Assembly (NCBI GenBank): GCA_035531395.1
Contig: DATKTA010000006.1
Span: 160,424 to 224,423 of the forward strand
DNA: 64,000 nt
Source of the DNA: Bacteroidales bacterium
GTDB lineage: Bacteria > Bacteroidota > Bacteroidia > Bacteroidales > VadinHA17
Reading direction: 5' to 3'
Positions within the stretch are counted from its first letter, which is position 1. Each line of letters begins with the position of its first letter. Both the position numbers and the translations under genes were made by a program. Shown here piece after piece: positions 20,649-31,483 of the stretch. The notes beneath the pieces are model-generated. The model was not told the DNA's origin, ran no database searches, and worked only from the letters and a program-made list of their open reading frames with translations.

Positions 20649-23042
20649 ATGAGGACAAAAATAATTCTGTTTATTCTACTATTAATAAGTACGGCTGTTT
20701 CTGCTCAGGATAACTCAGGTGTTATCAAAGGCCGAGTATACAATACAAAGACAAATGAAGGAGTTCCTTTTGCGACAATTCAGATATGGGGAACTACTAT
20801 TGGAGCTGTGACCGATTTTGATGGTAATTTTTCGTTTACTGGAATAAAGCCGGGTTTTGTTGAGCTAAGAGTCTCTTCAGTTGGTTTCAAACCATATATT
20901 TCAAGCGCTGTTATGGTAACTAACAGCAACCAGGTAAATCTTGAGATACCTCTTGAGGAGATGGAAATAGCTCTAGGAGAAGTTGTAATCAAGGCATCAC
21001 CGTTTGTAAAAAAAATTGAAACACCAATATCAGCAAGGATAATAGGGATAGATGAAATTGAGAAAAATCCGGGTGGTAACCGGGATATATCTAAAGTAAT
21101 ACAATCTTTTCCAGGGGTTGCATCAACACCTGCTTTCAGAAATGATGTAATAATAAGGGGAGGAGGACCAAATGAGAACCGATTCTATATAGACAATGTT
21201 GAAATCCCTTATCTGAATCACTTTTCCACACAGGGTGCATCGGGCGGTCCTGTCGGGATAATAAATGTTGATTTTGTCCAGTCCGTTGATTTTCTTTCCG
21301 GAGCTTTCCCCGCATCCAAAGGAAATGCACTGAGTTCAATACTTAATTTCACTTTTGTTGATGGGAACCAGGATAAAATGAAATACAGGGCAACATTAGG
21401 TGCTTCTGACCTTGGCCTGACTATTGACGGTCCGGCGGGTGAAAAAGGGACTCTTCTGATGTCATTGAGAAGATCATACCTTCAATTCCTGTTCAGTGCC
21501 CTTGAACTGCCTTTCCTGCCTACGTATACGGACTTTCAGCTTAAGTATAAGATCAGACTCGATCCGAAGAATGAATTGACAGTTATTGGTCTCGGTGCAA
21601 AGGATGATTTCCGGCTGAATCTTGATGCCAATGAAACCGAGTTTCAAAGATACATACTTGATTATATCCCTGTGCAGGAGCAGTACAGCTATGTAACAGG
21701 ACTGGTTTACAAGCATTACCGGGATAATGGTTTTGATACATGGGTGCTTAGCCGCAATTACCTGAATAATTCCCAATATAAATATCTTAACAATGTTGAG
21801 GCTGATACCAATAAAACTCTTGATTATCTCTCAGGTGAAGGAGAGATTAAAGCAAGGTATGAACGGACAATACTCGGAGATAAAGGTTTCCGGTTGACAT
21901 ATGGTGCAGGCTATGAATATGCACACTATAGAAATTCAACCTACCAGTTATTCTATTCAGGCAGTCCCATTGCTACAGAGATAAACTACAATACCAATCT
22001 CAGGTTTGGAAAGTATAATGCATTTGGGCAGGTTAGCCGTTCTTTCATTGATACCAGACTTACTTTATCGTTTGGATTGAGAACTGATTTCAATTCATAT
22101 TCTTCTTCAATGCTTAATCCTCTTACACAGCTATCACCCAGGTTGTCAGCATCATACGGGCTTACTGAAAAACTCAGTCTGAACTTCTCAACAGGCCGTT
22201 ATCACCAGTTGCCGCCCTACACAGCTCTCGGATACTCAAATCCACAAGGGGAGCTTGTAAATAAAAGCAATGATCTGAAATATATGACTGCCGATCATTT
22301 TGTAACAGGTTTTGACCTGTTGCCTTCAGAGAATATTCAGTTCACAATAGAAGGTTTTTATAAAAACTATTCAAACTTTCCCTTCTCCGTCAGAGACTCT
22401 GTTCCGCTTTCAAGCAAAAGTGCCGACTATGGTATATTTGGTGATGAGGCACTTGTTTCAAGTGCCAGGGGACGAGCATATGGATTAGAATTGCTTGGCC
22501 GCATAAAGGAGTTTAAAAATGTGAACCTTGTATTCTCTTACACTCTGGTAAGAAGCGAGTTCGAGGATATTGAAGGGGTTTTAATACCTTCATCATGGGA
22601 TAACAAGCATCTTTTCAATCTTACCGGCACCAAGAAATTCAGACGCAACTGGGACGCAGGATTCAAATGGAGGTTTGTAGGAGGGGCTCCATATACTCCG
22701 TATAATTATGAGAAGTCATCCTATAAATTTGCATGGAACCTTCAGGGGAGAGCTTATATCGATTATTCAAAATTCAATACTGAAAGGTTAACGGCATTTC
22801 ATCAGCTCGACATACGTATTGACAAACAGTACTTCTTCAATACCTGGTCACTTATGTTGTATGCAGATATCCAGAATGTTTACAACCATAAAGCTGATCA
22901 GCCCGATCTTCTGCTAAGGGAGACTGACAGTAGTGGCAATCCGGTTACTGATCCTTCTAATCCCCTGAAATACAGCCTAAAATATGTTGAGAATAAAAGC
23001 GGAACTGTACTTCCGACAATAGGAGTGATTATTGAATTTTAA
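20649..23042 (+). CDS. TonB-dependent receptor with N-terminal carboxypeptidase-regulatory-like domain
   Basis: Signal peptide. GVIKGRVYNTKTNEGVPFATIQIWG domain, plug-like region, long beta-barrel ending in an aromatic residue (...GVIIEF). Confidence 0.85.
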   Translation: MRTKIILFILLLISTAVSAQDNSGVIKGRVYNTKTNEGVPFATIQIWGTTIGAVTDFDGNFSFTGIKPGFVELRVSSVGFKPYISSAVMVTNSNQVNLEIPLEEMEIALGEVVIKASPFVKKIETPISARIIGIDEIEKNPGGNRDISKVIQSFPGVASTPAFRNDVIIRGGGPNENRFYIDNVEIPYLNHFSTQGASGGPVGIINVDFVQSVDFLSGAFPASKGNALSSILNFTFVDGNQDKMKYRATLGASDLGLTIDGPAGEKGTLLMSLRRSYLQFLFSALELPFLPTYTDFQLKYKIRLDPKNELTVIGLGAKDDFRLNLDANETEFQRYILDYIPVQEQYSYVTGLVYKHYRDNGFDTWVLSRNYLNNSQYKYLNNVEADTNKTLDYLSGEGEIKARYERTILGDKGFRLTYGAGYEYAHYRNSTYQLFYSGSPIATEINYNTNLRFGKYNAFGQVSRSFIDTRLTLSFGLRTDFNSYSSSMLNPLTQLSPRLSASYGLTEKLSLNFSTGRYHQLPPYTALGYSNPQGELVNKSNDLKYMTADHFVTGFDLLPSENIQFTIEGFYKNYSNFPFSVRDSVPLSSKSADYGIFGDEALVSSARGRAYGLELLGRIKEFKNVNLVFSYTLVRSEFEDIEGVLIPSSWDNKHLFNLTGTKKFRRNWDAGFKWRFVGGAPYTPYNYEKSSYKFAWNLQGRAYIDYSKFNTERLTAFHQLDIRIDKQYFFNTWSLMLYADIQNVYNHKADQPDLLLRETDSSGNPVTDPSNPLKYSLKYVENKSGTVLPTIGVIIEF

Positions 23043-23052
23043 GAGAGAAGAT

Positions 23053-23796
23053 ATGAAAAGGACATTAATAATAATTACGATACTTATAGCAGCTGCCTGC
23101 TCAACTGCAACGATGAAAAAGAAGGAAGCCACTCCGGAACAGAAGACAATAATTACTTCAAATCCAGAGGGTGAGGGACCTGTGATTACATTAGAACTCA
23201 CAAAAGGGAAGTCATTTTATTATCCTTTGATGGCAGCCTGGCTTGAAGATGCAGAGGGTAATTATGTTCAGACACTATTTGTCCCTGTTACTATTGCGAC
23301 GGGTGTTTTTAAATATGGCAAACAGGAGAAAAACAAATGGGTTTCTGCACCAAAAAGAGCTCCTCAGACTCTGCCATATTGGTCTCATAAAAGAGGAATA
23401 AAAGCATCAGATGGGCTTTATATGCCAGGACCGGAAAATCCGGTTTCAGATGCATATTCCGGTGCAACCCCAGCGCAGGGTTTTATCCTGAATGCAAAAT
23501 CTGACAAAGAACTTCCACAGGTATTCAGAGTGATGTTCGAAATAAATCAAAACTGGGACTGGAATGAATACTGGACCAATGATAAGTACCCTGATAACGA
23601 AAACTATAAGATGTCATGCCAGCCAGCTCTTGTTTATGAAGCTCAGATTGATCTTGGAAACCTTCAGGAAAGTTACAGGATGCAACCAATCGGGCATAGT
23701 CATTACTCAGGGGAAACCGGCGAACTTTTCCCTGATCTCAGTACTTTAACTACTGCCCTGAATATTGCTGACTCCATTGTGGTAAGAATCAAATAG
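23053..23796 (+). CDS. DUF2271-like lipoprotein
   Basis: Lipobox LIAAAC. YYPLMAAWLEDAEGNYVQTLFV resembles the DUF2271 core. Contains DAYSGAT. The track ORF begins at 23032, but the Met at 23053 gives a proper lipoprotein signal. Confidence 0.65.
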   Translation: MKRTLIIITILIAAACSTATMKKKEATPEQKTIITSNPEGEGPVITLELTKGKSFYYPLMAAWLEDAEGNYVQTLFVPVTIATGVFKYGKQEKNKWVSAPKRAPQTLPYWSHKRGIKASDGLYMPGPENPVSDAYSGATPAQGFILNAKSDKELPQVFRVMFEINQNWDWNEYWTNDKYPDNENYKMSCQPALVYEAQIDLGNLQESYRMQPIGHSHYSGETGELFPDLSTLTTALNIADSIVVRIK

Positions 23797-24697
23797 TCTT
23801 ACCAATAGAATCGGCAATTTTTATAAAATCTATCGGATCTGAAGCATACAAAATCCTGTCAGCTCCTTTTTTAACATTGTAAGTTGAAGAGTCTGTAAAG
23901 ATTATTTTCTTTAGCATCAATGATTTTCCAATGTTTCTGAAGTAGGAAATTTTCTTTTCAGCAAAGTCAAAAGAACTTGAATTTACAATCAGATACTCAA
24001 ATGCTTTTATTTTGTAAATCTCCACAACTTCTGAGGGAGGCAGTATGCCTCCTGTGAATATCACATTAAATCCTCTTTTTTTAAGTGCATACTTATAAAA
24101 CAAGAAGTTGTTGTAAGTGATATTATCCGAAGTATTGATCATTGCAATTGAGGGAGCTGAACCTTTAACAGATGATTTCAAAAGAAAATCTTCATGAATT
24201 ATGATGTGCTTAATGGTATTTCTTACAAATTGTTCCTGTGCTCTTGAAAGACTTCCGGTTTGCCATAATATCCTCGCTTTTTCAAGCAATGGGGAAATAT
24301 ACCTGCAGTAAGCCTCCTCAACTCCATGGCGTTCTATAATCGAAGTTAAAGCATCTCTGAACAGTGACTCGTTGAATCTGATTGCATTGGTAAGAATTTT
24401 GCCGGGCTGAAAATCCTTAGACATATCATCATCCTTACTGCTTATATTCATGACTTTACGAGTCAATTCGTCTTCTTCAAGCCGTGCTATCTTGGATATT
24501 TTGATCCCATTGCGATTCAAAAAAGAAACATTAAGTATTTTCTTGAGTTCCGACTCATTATAAGTTCTTATGTTAGAGTCCGTTCTGTCAGGCTCCAGAA
24601 TATTGTATCTCTTTTCCCAGATCCTTATTGTATGGGCTTTTATCCCTGAAAAGTTTTCAAGGTCTTTTATTGAAAACACATTTACCTCGTCTTCCAT
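23789..24697 (-). CDS. MerR-family regulator with CarH/LitR-like C-terminal region
   Basis: MerR HTH (FSIKDLENFSGIKAHTIRIWEKRY). Helical-bundle motif W-x9-EQ. Rossmann-like C-terminus (KRGFNVIFTGG). Confidence 0.7.
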   Translation of the reverse strand: MEDEVNVFSIKDLENFSGIKAHTIRIWEKRYNILEPDRTDSNIRTYNESELKKILNVSFLNRNGIKISKIARLEEDELTRKVMNISSKDDDMSKDFQPGKILTNAIRFNESLFRDALTSIIERHGVEEAYCRYISPLLEKARILWQTGSLSRAQEQFVRNTIKHIIIHEDFLLKSSVKGSAPSIAMINTSDNITYNNFLFYKYALKKRGFNVIFTGGILPPSEVVEIYKIKAFEYLIVNSSSFDFAEKKISYFRNIGKSLMLKKIIFTDSSTYNVKKGADRILYASDPIDFIKIADSIGKTI

Positions 24698-24825
24698 AGT
24701 TCTGAAATTTTAATTAGAGAAAGTGAATACTTTCAGAATATTAAACAAACAAGAAAGGAGTTTGTTTAAAACAGGATTAATAAATTGTTGCGAGATTAAT
24801 TGCTGATTAGCAGGCGGTTAATGAT

Positions 24826-25194
24826 CTAGTCGGTTTCTTCTACCATTATTTTTTTAACCACCCTGGTTCCATCGGCAAACTGAATGGTAACCAGATACAT
24901 GCCTCTCTTTGCATTGTCAAGGAAGATTCGTACCGTCTGTATATTACTATAACGATTCTTATATATATCCTGGCCAATTATATTAGTGATCTTGATAAAG
25001 GAAATATCCTTATCTGTTTTAATGGTAAAATTATTCTCTCTTACAGGGACAGGATAAATAGTAACACTGGTGGGAATACTCTCCCTGAGATACTCCCTTC
25101 CGGCCAGGGAAGCACTAACGCGGGCTGTATCCTTTTGTGAATAAAGGGTAAACGCAGTCATTATCAAGAAGATAGAGAGTAAACCTTTCTTCAT
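24826..25194 (-). CDS. small secreted protein consisting of a signal peptide plus a T9SS type-A C-terminal sorting domain
   Basis: 122 aa. Signal MKKGLLSIFLIMTAFTLYSQ. CTD-like IYPVPVRENNFTI...GMYLVTIQFADGTRVVKKIMV. Confidence 0.7.
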   Translation of the reverse strand: MKKGLLSIFLIMTAFTLYSQKDTARVSASLAGREYLRESIPTSVTIYPVPVRENNFTIKTDKDISFIKITNIIGQDIYKNRYSNIQTVRIFLDNAKRGMYLVTIQFADGTRVVKKIMVEETD

Positions 25195-25236
25195 ATACAG
25201 CTATTTTATCCTTAACATACAAAAACTGTGCTAAAA

Positions 25237-26019
25237 TTAATAAATTTTATCAAATTTGTCCAGTATCAACTTTGCTTTCTCAAGATCTTCAGGCGTGTCA
25301 ATGCCGATACTTTCCCAACTTGTAACCGCAGTTCTTATTCTGAAACCGTTTTCGATCCACCTGTTTTGTTCAAGAGATTCTGCAGATTCGAGCGGGCTTT
25401 TTGGAAGACTGGTTATCATTCGCAGTACTGAGGTCCTGTAAGCATATAAGCCAATATGCTTATAAAAAGCATGTTTCCTTGTCCACTCATCTCTATCTGC
25501 ATCTCTTACATAAGGGATCACCGACCGGCTGAAGTAAATGGCATCACCGGATGTATTAACAATAACCTTTGGCTGATTTGGATTAAAAATATCTTCCTGA
25601 ACCTCAACCTTTCTGATAAGAGTTGCAAGATCAACTCCTTCTGCATTGAAGCAATTCATGATAAGCTTTATCTGTTCCGGCCTTATAAATGGCTCATCAC
25701 CCTGGATATTTACTACGATATCAATCTTTTGCCCGGTTTCTGAAATGATTTTGTCTGCAGCTTCAGAGCATCTGTCAGTACCGCTAAAATGATCGGGGGA
25801 GGTCATCACTGCATTTCCGCCAAAAGACATAACCTTGTTGAATATTCTTTCATCGTCAGTGGCAACATATACCGACTCCATAACCTTCCGGACCTGTTCA
25901 TAAACTCTCTGTATCATAGTTTTGCTGCCAATCATTGCAAGAGGTTTGCCCGGGAACCTTGAAGAGGCATATCTCGCCGGAATAATGCCGGCAAACTTGT
26001 TACTATGGTTTGACTTCAT
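25237..26019 (-). CDS. kdsB: 3-deoxy-manno-octulosonate cytidylyltransferase (KdsB)
   Basis: IIPARYASSRFPGKPL N-terminal motif, NIQGDEP. Confidence 0.9.
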   Translation of the reverse strand: MKSNHSNKFAGIIPARYASSRFPGKPLAMIGSKTMIQRVYEQVRKVMESVYVATDDERIFNKVMSFGGNAVMTSPDHFSGTDRCSEAADKIISETGQKIDIVVNIQGDEPFIRPEQIKLIMNCFNAEGVDLATLIRKVEVQEDIFNPNQPKVIVNTSGDAIYFSRSVIPYVRDADRDEWTRKHAFYKHIGLYAYRTSVLRMITSLPKSPLESAESLEQNRWIENGFRIRTAVTSWESIGIDTPEDLEKAKLILDKFDKIY

Positions 26020-26092
26020 CCTGCTAAATTACTAAAATTGCATTTCCCTATGATTTAAAAAAGCGTTAAATTCGCAGTTCGAATATGAGTTA

Positions 26093-27337
26093 ATGAGAGA
26101 TTTACAAAATATAAAGCAGAGGTTCGGGGTAATCGGTAATTATGAAGGACTTAACAGAGCCATTGATATAGCGGCACAGGTGGCCCCGACTGACCTTTCT
26201 GTGCTTATTTCTGGTGAGAGCGGAACAGGGAAAGAGATATTTCCCCAGGTAATACACAGTTATAGTACAAGAAAGCACGGACAATATATTGCTGTTAACT
26301 GTGGTGCTATCCCTGAAGGGACAATCGACTCTGAACTGTTTGGCCACGAAAGGGGTTCATTCACCGGAGCAACAGACAACAGGAAGGGCTACTTCGAAGT
26401 GGCTGATGGCGGAACAATTTTCCTTGATGAGGTTGCTGAACTTCCCCTTTCAACCCAGGTAAGGCTGCTCAGGGTTCTCGAAACAGGTGAATTTATTAAA
26501 GTGGGATCGTCAAAGGTGCAGAAAACCAACGTAAGGGTAATAGCAGCAAGTAATGTTGATGTTACCAGGGCTATTGATGAGGGAAAGTTCAGAGAAGATC
26601 TTTTTTACCGTCTTAATACTGTCCCGATCAGAATACCTGCACTGAGAGAAAGAGGGGAGGATATCTTTCTCCTGTTCAGAAAATTTTCAGTTGATTTTGC
26701 TGAAAAATACAGGATGCCCGCTATAAGACTTGATGCAGAAGCAAAAGATATGCTTTTAAATTATTCCTGGCCTGGCAATGTAAGACAACTGAAAAACATT
26801 ACTGAACAGATCTCTATAATAGAAAGTGAGAGGGAGATAAACGTAGAATCATTAAGGAATTATCTTCCTGAATATAAGGGAATGAAACTGCCTGCTGTTA
26901 TCAGGAAAGATGATGAAAGGTCATTTGCCTCTGAGCGTGAGCTTCTGTATAAGATACTTTTCGATATGAAAAGTGACATGAATGATTTGAAAAAGCTTGT
27001 TTTTGACCTGATCAGAAGAGGAGATATTGATCTTCAGTTCAATGAATCCAATTCCGGACCTATTAAAAATCTCTTCAGGGAGACAGAGAGGGATGTTCCA
27101 AATACGGAAGATAATGAGCCAGCACAGACTGATTTTCAGGTACATGCCAGCAGAAAAAACATTCAGGATACTGAGGAGATAATTGAAGAGTCACTTTCGC
27201 TTGCAGACAAAGAAGTTGAGATGATAAATAAGGCTCTGGAGAAATATAAAGGTAAGAGAAAGCTTGCTGCCCAGGAACTGGGTATATCTGAAAGAACCCT
27301 TTACAGGAAAATAAAAGAGTATGGGATTGAATCTTAG
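26093..27337 (+). CDS. sigma-54-dependent transcriptional activator lacking an N-terminal sensory domain
   Basis: AAA+ Walker A GESGTGKE, GAFTGA-type loop GSFTGA, Walker B FLDEV, C-terminal Fis-type HTH ISERTLYRKIKEYGI. Confidence 0.9.
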   Translation: MRDLQNIKQRFGVIGNYEGLNRAIDIAAQVAPTDLSVLISGESGTGKEIFPQVIHSYSTRKHGQYIAVNCGAIPEGTIDSELFGHERGSFTGATDNRKGYFEVADGGTIFLDEVAELPLSTQVRLLRVLETGEFIKVGSSKVQKTNVRVIAASNVDVTRAIDEGKFREDLFYRLNTVPIRIPALRERGEDIFLLFRKFSVDFAEKYRMPAIRLDAEAKDMLLNYSWPGNVRQLKNITEQISIIESEREINVESLRNYLPEYKGMKLPAVIRKDDERSFASERELLYKILFDMKSDMNDLKKLVFDLIRRGDIDLQFNESNSGPIKNLFRETERDVPNTEDNEPAQTDFQVHASRKNIQDTEEIIEESLSLADKEVEMINKALEKYKGKRKLAAQELGISERTLYRKIKEYGIES

Positions 27338-27368
27338 TACCAGATATTTCAGTTCAGAAAAGATTCTG

Positions 27369-27860
27369 ATGAATTTATTTATGGCATTATTTATCGCCAT
27401 GTCGGGATGCAAAGTAAGCTATTCATTTTCCGGGGCAAGCATCTCTCCGCAGATAAGGACTCTTAGCGTACAGAATTTTCTGAACAGGGCACCTCTTGTT
27501 CAGCCGGGACTTGACCAGACTTTTACTGATGCTCTCATCGACAAATGTAAAGCTCAGACTGGTCTTGAGATTGTAAGTAATCTTGGAGATGTAAGTTTTG
27601 AAGGTGAAATAACGGATTACAGGACCATGCCTCTGACGGTTGCTGCAGATGCCTATGCAGCCATGAACAGATTCTCAATTACAGTAAGGGTGAAATTTAT
27701 TAATACAGTAGACTCTGATCTGAGCTTTGACCAGACTTTCACACGTTATGAAGACTATGACAGTAACCTTGACCTGAGCGCTGTTGAACAGGATCTGGTT
27801 GAAAAGATAGTAGAATTGATAATAGAAGATATCTTCAATAAAGCATTTGTCAACTGGTAA
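27369..27860 (+). CDS. lptE: LPS-assembly lipoprotein LptE (Bacteroidota type)
   Basis: Lipobox IAMSGC followed by KVSYSFSGASI. The Met at 27369 gives the lipoprotein signal; the track ORF begins at 27321. Confidence 0.65.
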   Translation: MNLFMALFIAMSGCKVSYSFSGASISPQIRTLSVQNFLNRAPLVQPGLDQTFTDALIDKCKAQTGLEIVSNLGDVSFEGEITDYRTMPLTVAADAYAAMNRFSITVRVKFINTVDSDLSFDQTFTRYEDYDSNLDLSAVEQDLVEKIVELIIEDIFNKAFVNW

Positions 27861-27866
27861 TTACAG

Positions 27867-28814
27867 ATGAACAGAAATGACTTTCTGAATATGATCGGAA
27901 GCAAGACCCCGGTGAACAGATTTATGCTGGGGGAAGTTTATGAGCTGGTGGATCTTTTTCCATATTTCCAGAGCGCCCATATGCTTTTGCTGAAAGGGCT
28001 TAATGATAATGATGACGTTAAGTTTGAGAAGCAGCTAAGAACCTCCGCCGTCCATATTGCAGACAGGGAAGTACTTTACTATCTTCTCACAAATGAGAAA
28101 CATTCGGAACCGGAGGCGGAAAATAAAGATGCTGAACCGGTACCTGCATATTCAGAAATGGCTGATCAGTCGCCCTTTATGCAGCAGACTGTTATTGAAA
28201 CAGCAAAAAACAGCGATCTTCTAATTTCCGAGTTCGAAAAGGATGCCGCAAAACAGGGAGGAGAGGAACAGGATGTAAGCTCATCAGCTGGAGAATCCCA
28301 TTCTGTGCTTATGCCTGAAAGCAATTCGGATGAAGAATCTGAAAGTATATTTCTTATAATGGATGATAATGTTCAGGACGCAGAGGAAAGAATCTTCTTC
28401 ATGGATCCAGGGTTCCCAATGTCTGAAAAGGAGGAGCTCCTTGAACTTGATACCGAATTGGCTGAAACAATTTCCAATGAATCTGATTCTGAACACAAAG
28501 AAATTGTACCCGAAGGGAGCAATATAGATTCAAGAAAACAATTTCAGAATGACCTGATTGATAAGTTCATCATTGCAAATCCCCGGATTGAACCTGTCCG
28601 GGATAAAAGTGACCTTCCGGTTGAAGACCTGTCTAAACCTCATATCGTTGAGAAAGGAAGTTTTGTGACAGAAACGCTGGCACGGATTTATGTTTCTCAG
28701 GGCTATTATTCAAAGGCTATTGAGATATATGAAAAATTAAGTTTGAAATTTCCGGAAAAAAGCAGTTACTTTGCAGCTCAAATTGAAAAAGTTGAAGAGT
28801 ATATAAAAAAATAG
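27867..28814 (+). CDS. hypothetical acidic protein with a C-terminal TPR-like helix pair
   Basis: 315 aa. Long Asp/Glu/Ser-rich middle section. C-terminal ARIYVSQGYYSKAIEIYEKLSLKFPEK. Confidence 0.5.
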   Translation: MNRNDFLNMIGSKTPVNRFMLGEVYELVDLFPYFQSAHMLLLKGLNDNDDVKFEKQLRTSAVHIADREVLYYLLTNEKHSEPEAENKDAEPVPAYSEMADQSPFMQQTVIETAKNSDLLISEFEKDAAKQGGEEQDVSSSAGESHSVLMPESNSDEESESIFLIMDDNVQDAEERIFFMDPGFPMSEKEELLELDTELAETISNESDSEHKEIVPEGSNIDSRKQFQNDLIDKFIIANPRIEPVRDKSDLPVEDLSKPHIVEKGSFVTETLARIYVSQGYYSKAIEIYEKLSLKFPEKSSYFAAQIEKVEEYIKK

Positions 28815-28818
28815 AGCG

Positions 28819-29184
28819 ATGGGAATTTATGTTTTTGTTTCGGTTCTTGTACTGGTTGCATGCTTTCTTCAGATATTGATTGTTCTTGTTCAGAATTCAA
28901 AAGGAGGCGGCCTTGCTGCCAATTTTACATCAGCGGGTCAGACAATGGGCGTACGCAAGACTGCTGATTTTCTTGAAAAATCTACATGGACGCTTGCCGG
29001 AGCTATTCTTATACTTTGTGTGGTTGCAACTGCAACCATACCACGGGGTACTGAATCGGGACGTTCAAGAATTGAAAATCAGATTCAGAATGCAGTTGAT
29101 CCGAATGCTATACCAACGCTTCCTACTGCAATTCCTGAACCTTCTTCATCTCCTGCCACTGATCAGCAGAAGCCTGAGAATTAG
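28819..29184 (+). CDS. secG: preprotein translocase subunit SecG
   Basis: Two TM helices with the inter-helix motif VQNSKGGGL. Confidence 0.8.
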   Translation: MGIYVFVSVLVLVACFLQILIVLVQNSKGGGLAANFTSAGQTMGVRKTADFLEKSTWTLAGAILILCVVATATIPRGTESGRSRIENQIQNAVDPNAIPTLPTAIPEPSSSPATDQQKPEN

Positions 29185-29213
29185 AAACACATTTGAATTG
29201 TCATAATAAAAAG

Positions 29214-29250
29214 TGTCAGTTTGTCACATACTGACATTTTTTGTTTTTTA
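29214..29250 (+). terminator. intrinsic terminator after secG
   Basis: Stem tgtcagt / actgaca (29214-29220 / 29230-29236) followed by tttttt-g-ttttttt. Confidence 0.65.
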
Positions 29251-29427
29251 TTAAACTACTGTTATTTAGCATGTTGGTATTAGCAGCTGTCAGTATATTT
29301 TAAAACATGACAGTAAGATGGACAGGAATTCATTAAAGTCGATACAAAATGGCATTTTTTTGCCTTTGGCATGGAATGTGATCAAAATGGAATTCAGAAT
29401 TGATGTTTAACTTTAAAACTAGATAAA

Positions 29428-31372
<1,945 letters not shown>

Positions 31373-31402
31373 TAGATTAAAAATATGTTCTGATTTATAT
31401 TG

Positions 31403-31437
31403 TAGGGACGTGCCAAGGCATGTCCCTATATATTTTG
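31403..31437 (+). terminator. intrinsic terminator after groEL
   Basis: Stem of about 12 bp, tagggacgtgcc / ggcatgtcccta, followed by tatattttg. Confidence 0.6.
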
Positions 31438-31483
31438 TATATTTTTATATATTTGCACCTGATTTGAAAATCCGCCATTTTAG

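Noticed and set aside
26093-27337. Sigma-54 activator with no sensory or receiver domain, as a possible novel regulator
   Set aside because: The kdsB / sensor-less EBP / lptE / secG neighbourhood looks like a conserved housekeeping arrangement in this phylum. I found no convincing -24/-12 promoter next to it.
29200-29330. Multiple TGTCA/TGACA words upstream of groES as a regulator-site array
   Set aside because: Several belong to the secG terminator stem. The remainder are short 5-mers with irregular spacing, which is not distinguishable from chance.
29350-29364. TGGCAT-N-TTGCC sigma-54-like motif upstream of groES
   Set aside because: The GG-to-GC spacing is 11 nt, not the required 12, and the -24 element is TGGCAT. 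This is most likely chance in a T-rich spacer.
31448-31455. TATATTTG (TAnnTTTG) box upstream of lepA, and a similar box at 8200-8207 upstream of sufB, as promoters
   Set aside because: No TTTG element lies at the expected spacing of 19-21 nt. A single AT-rich 8-mer in an AT-rich spacer is too weak to annotate.
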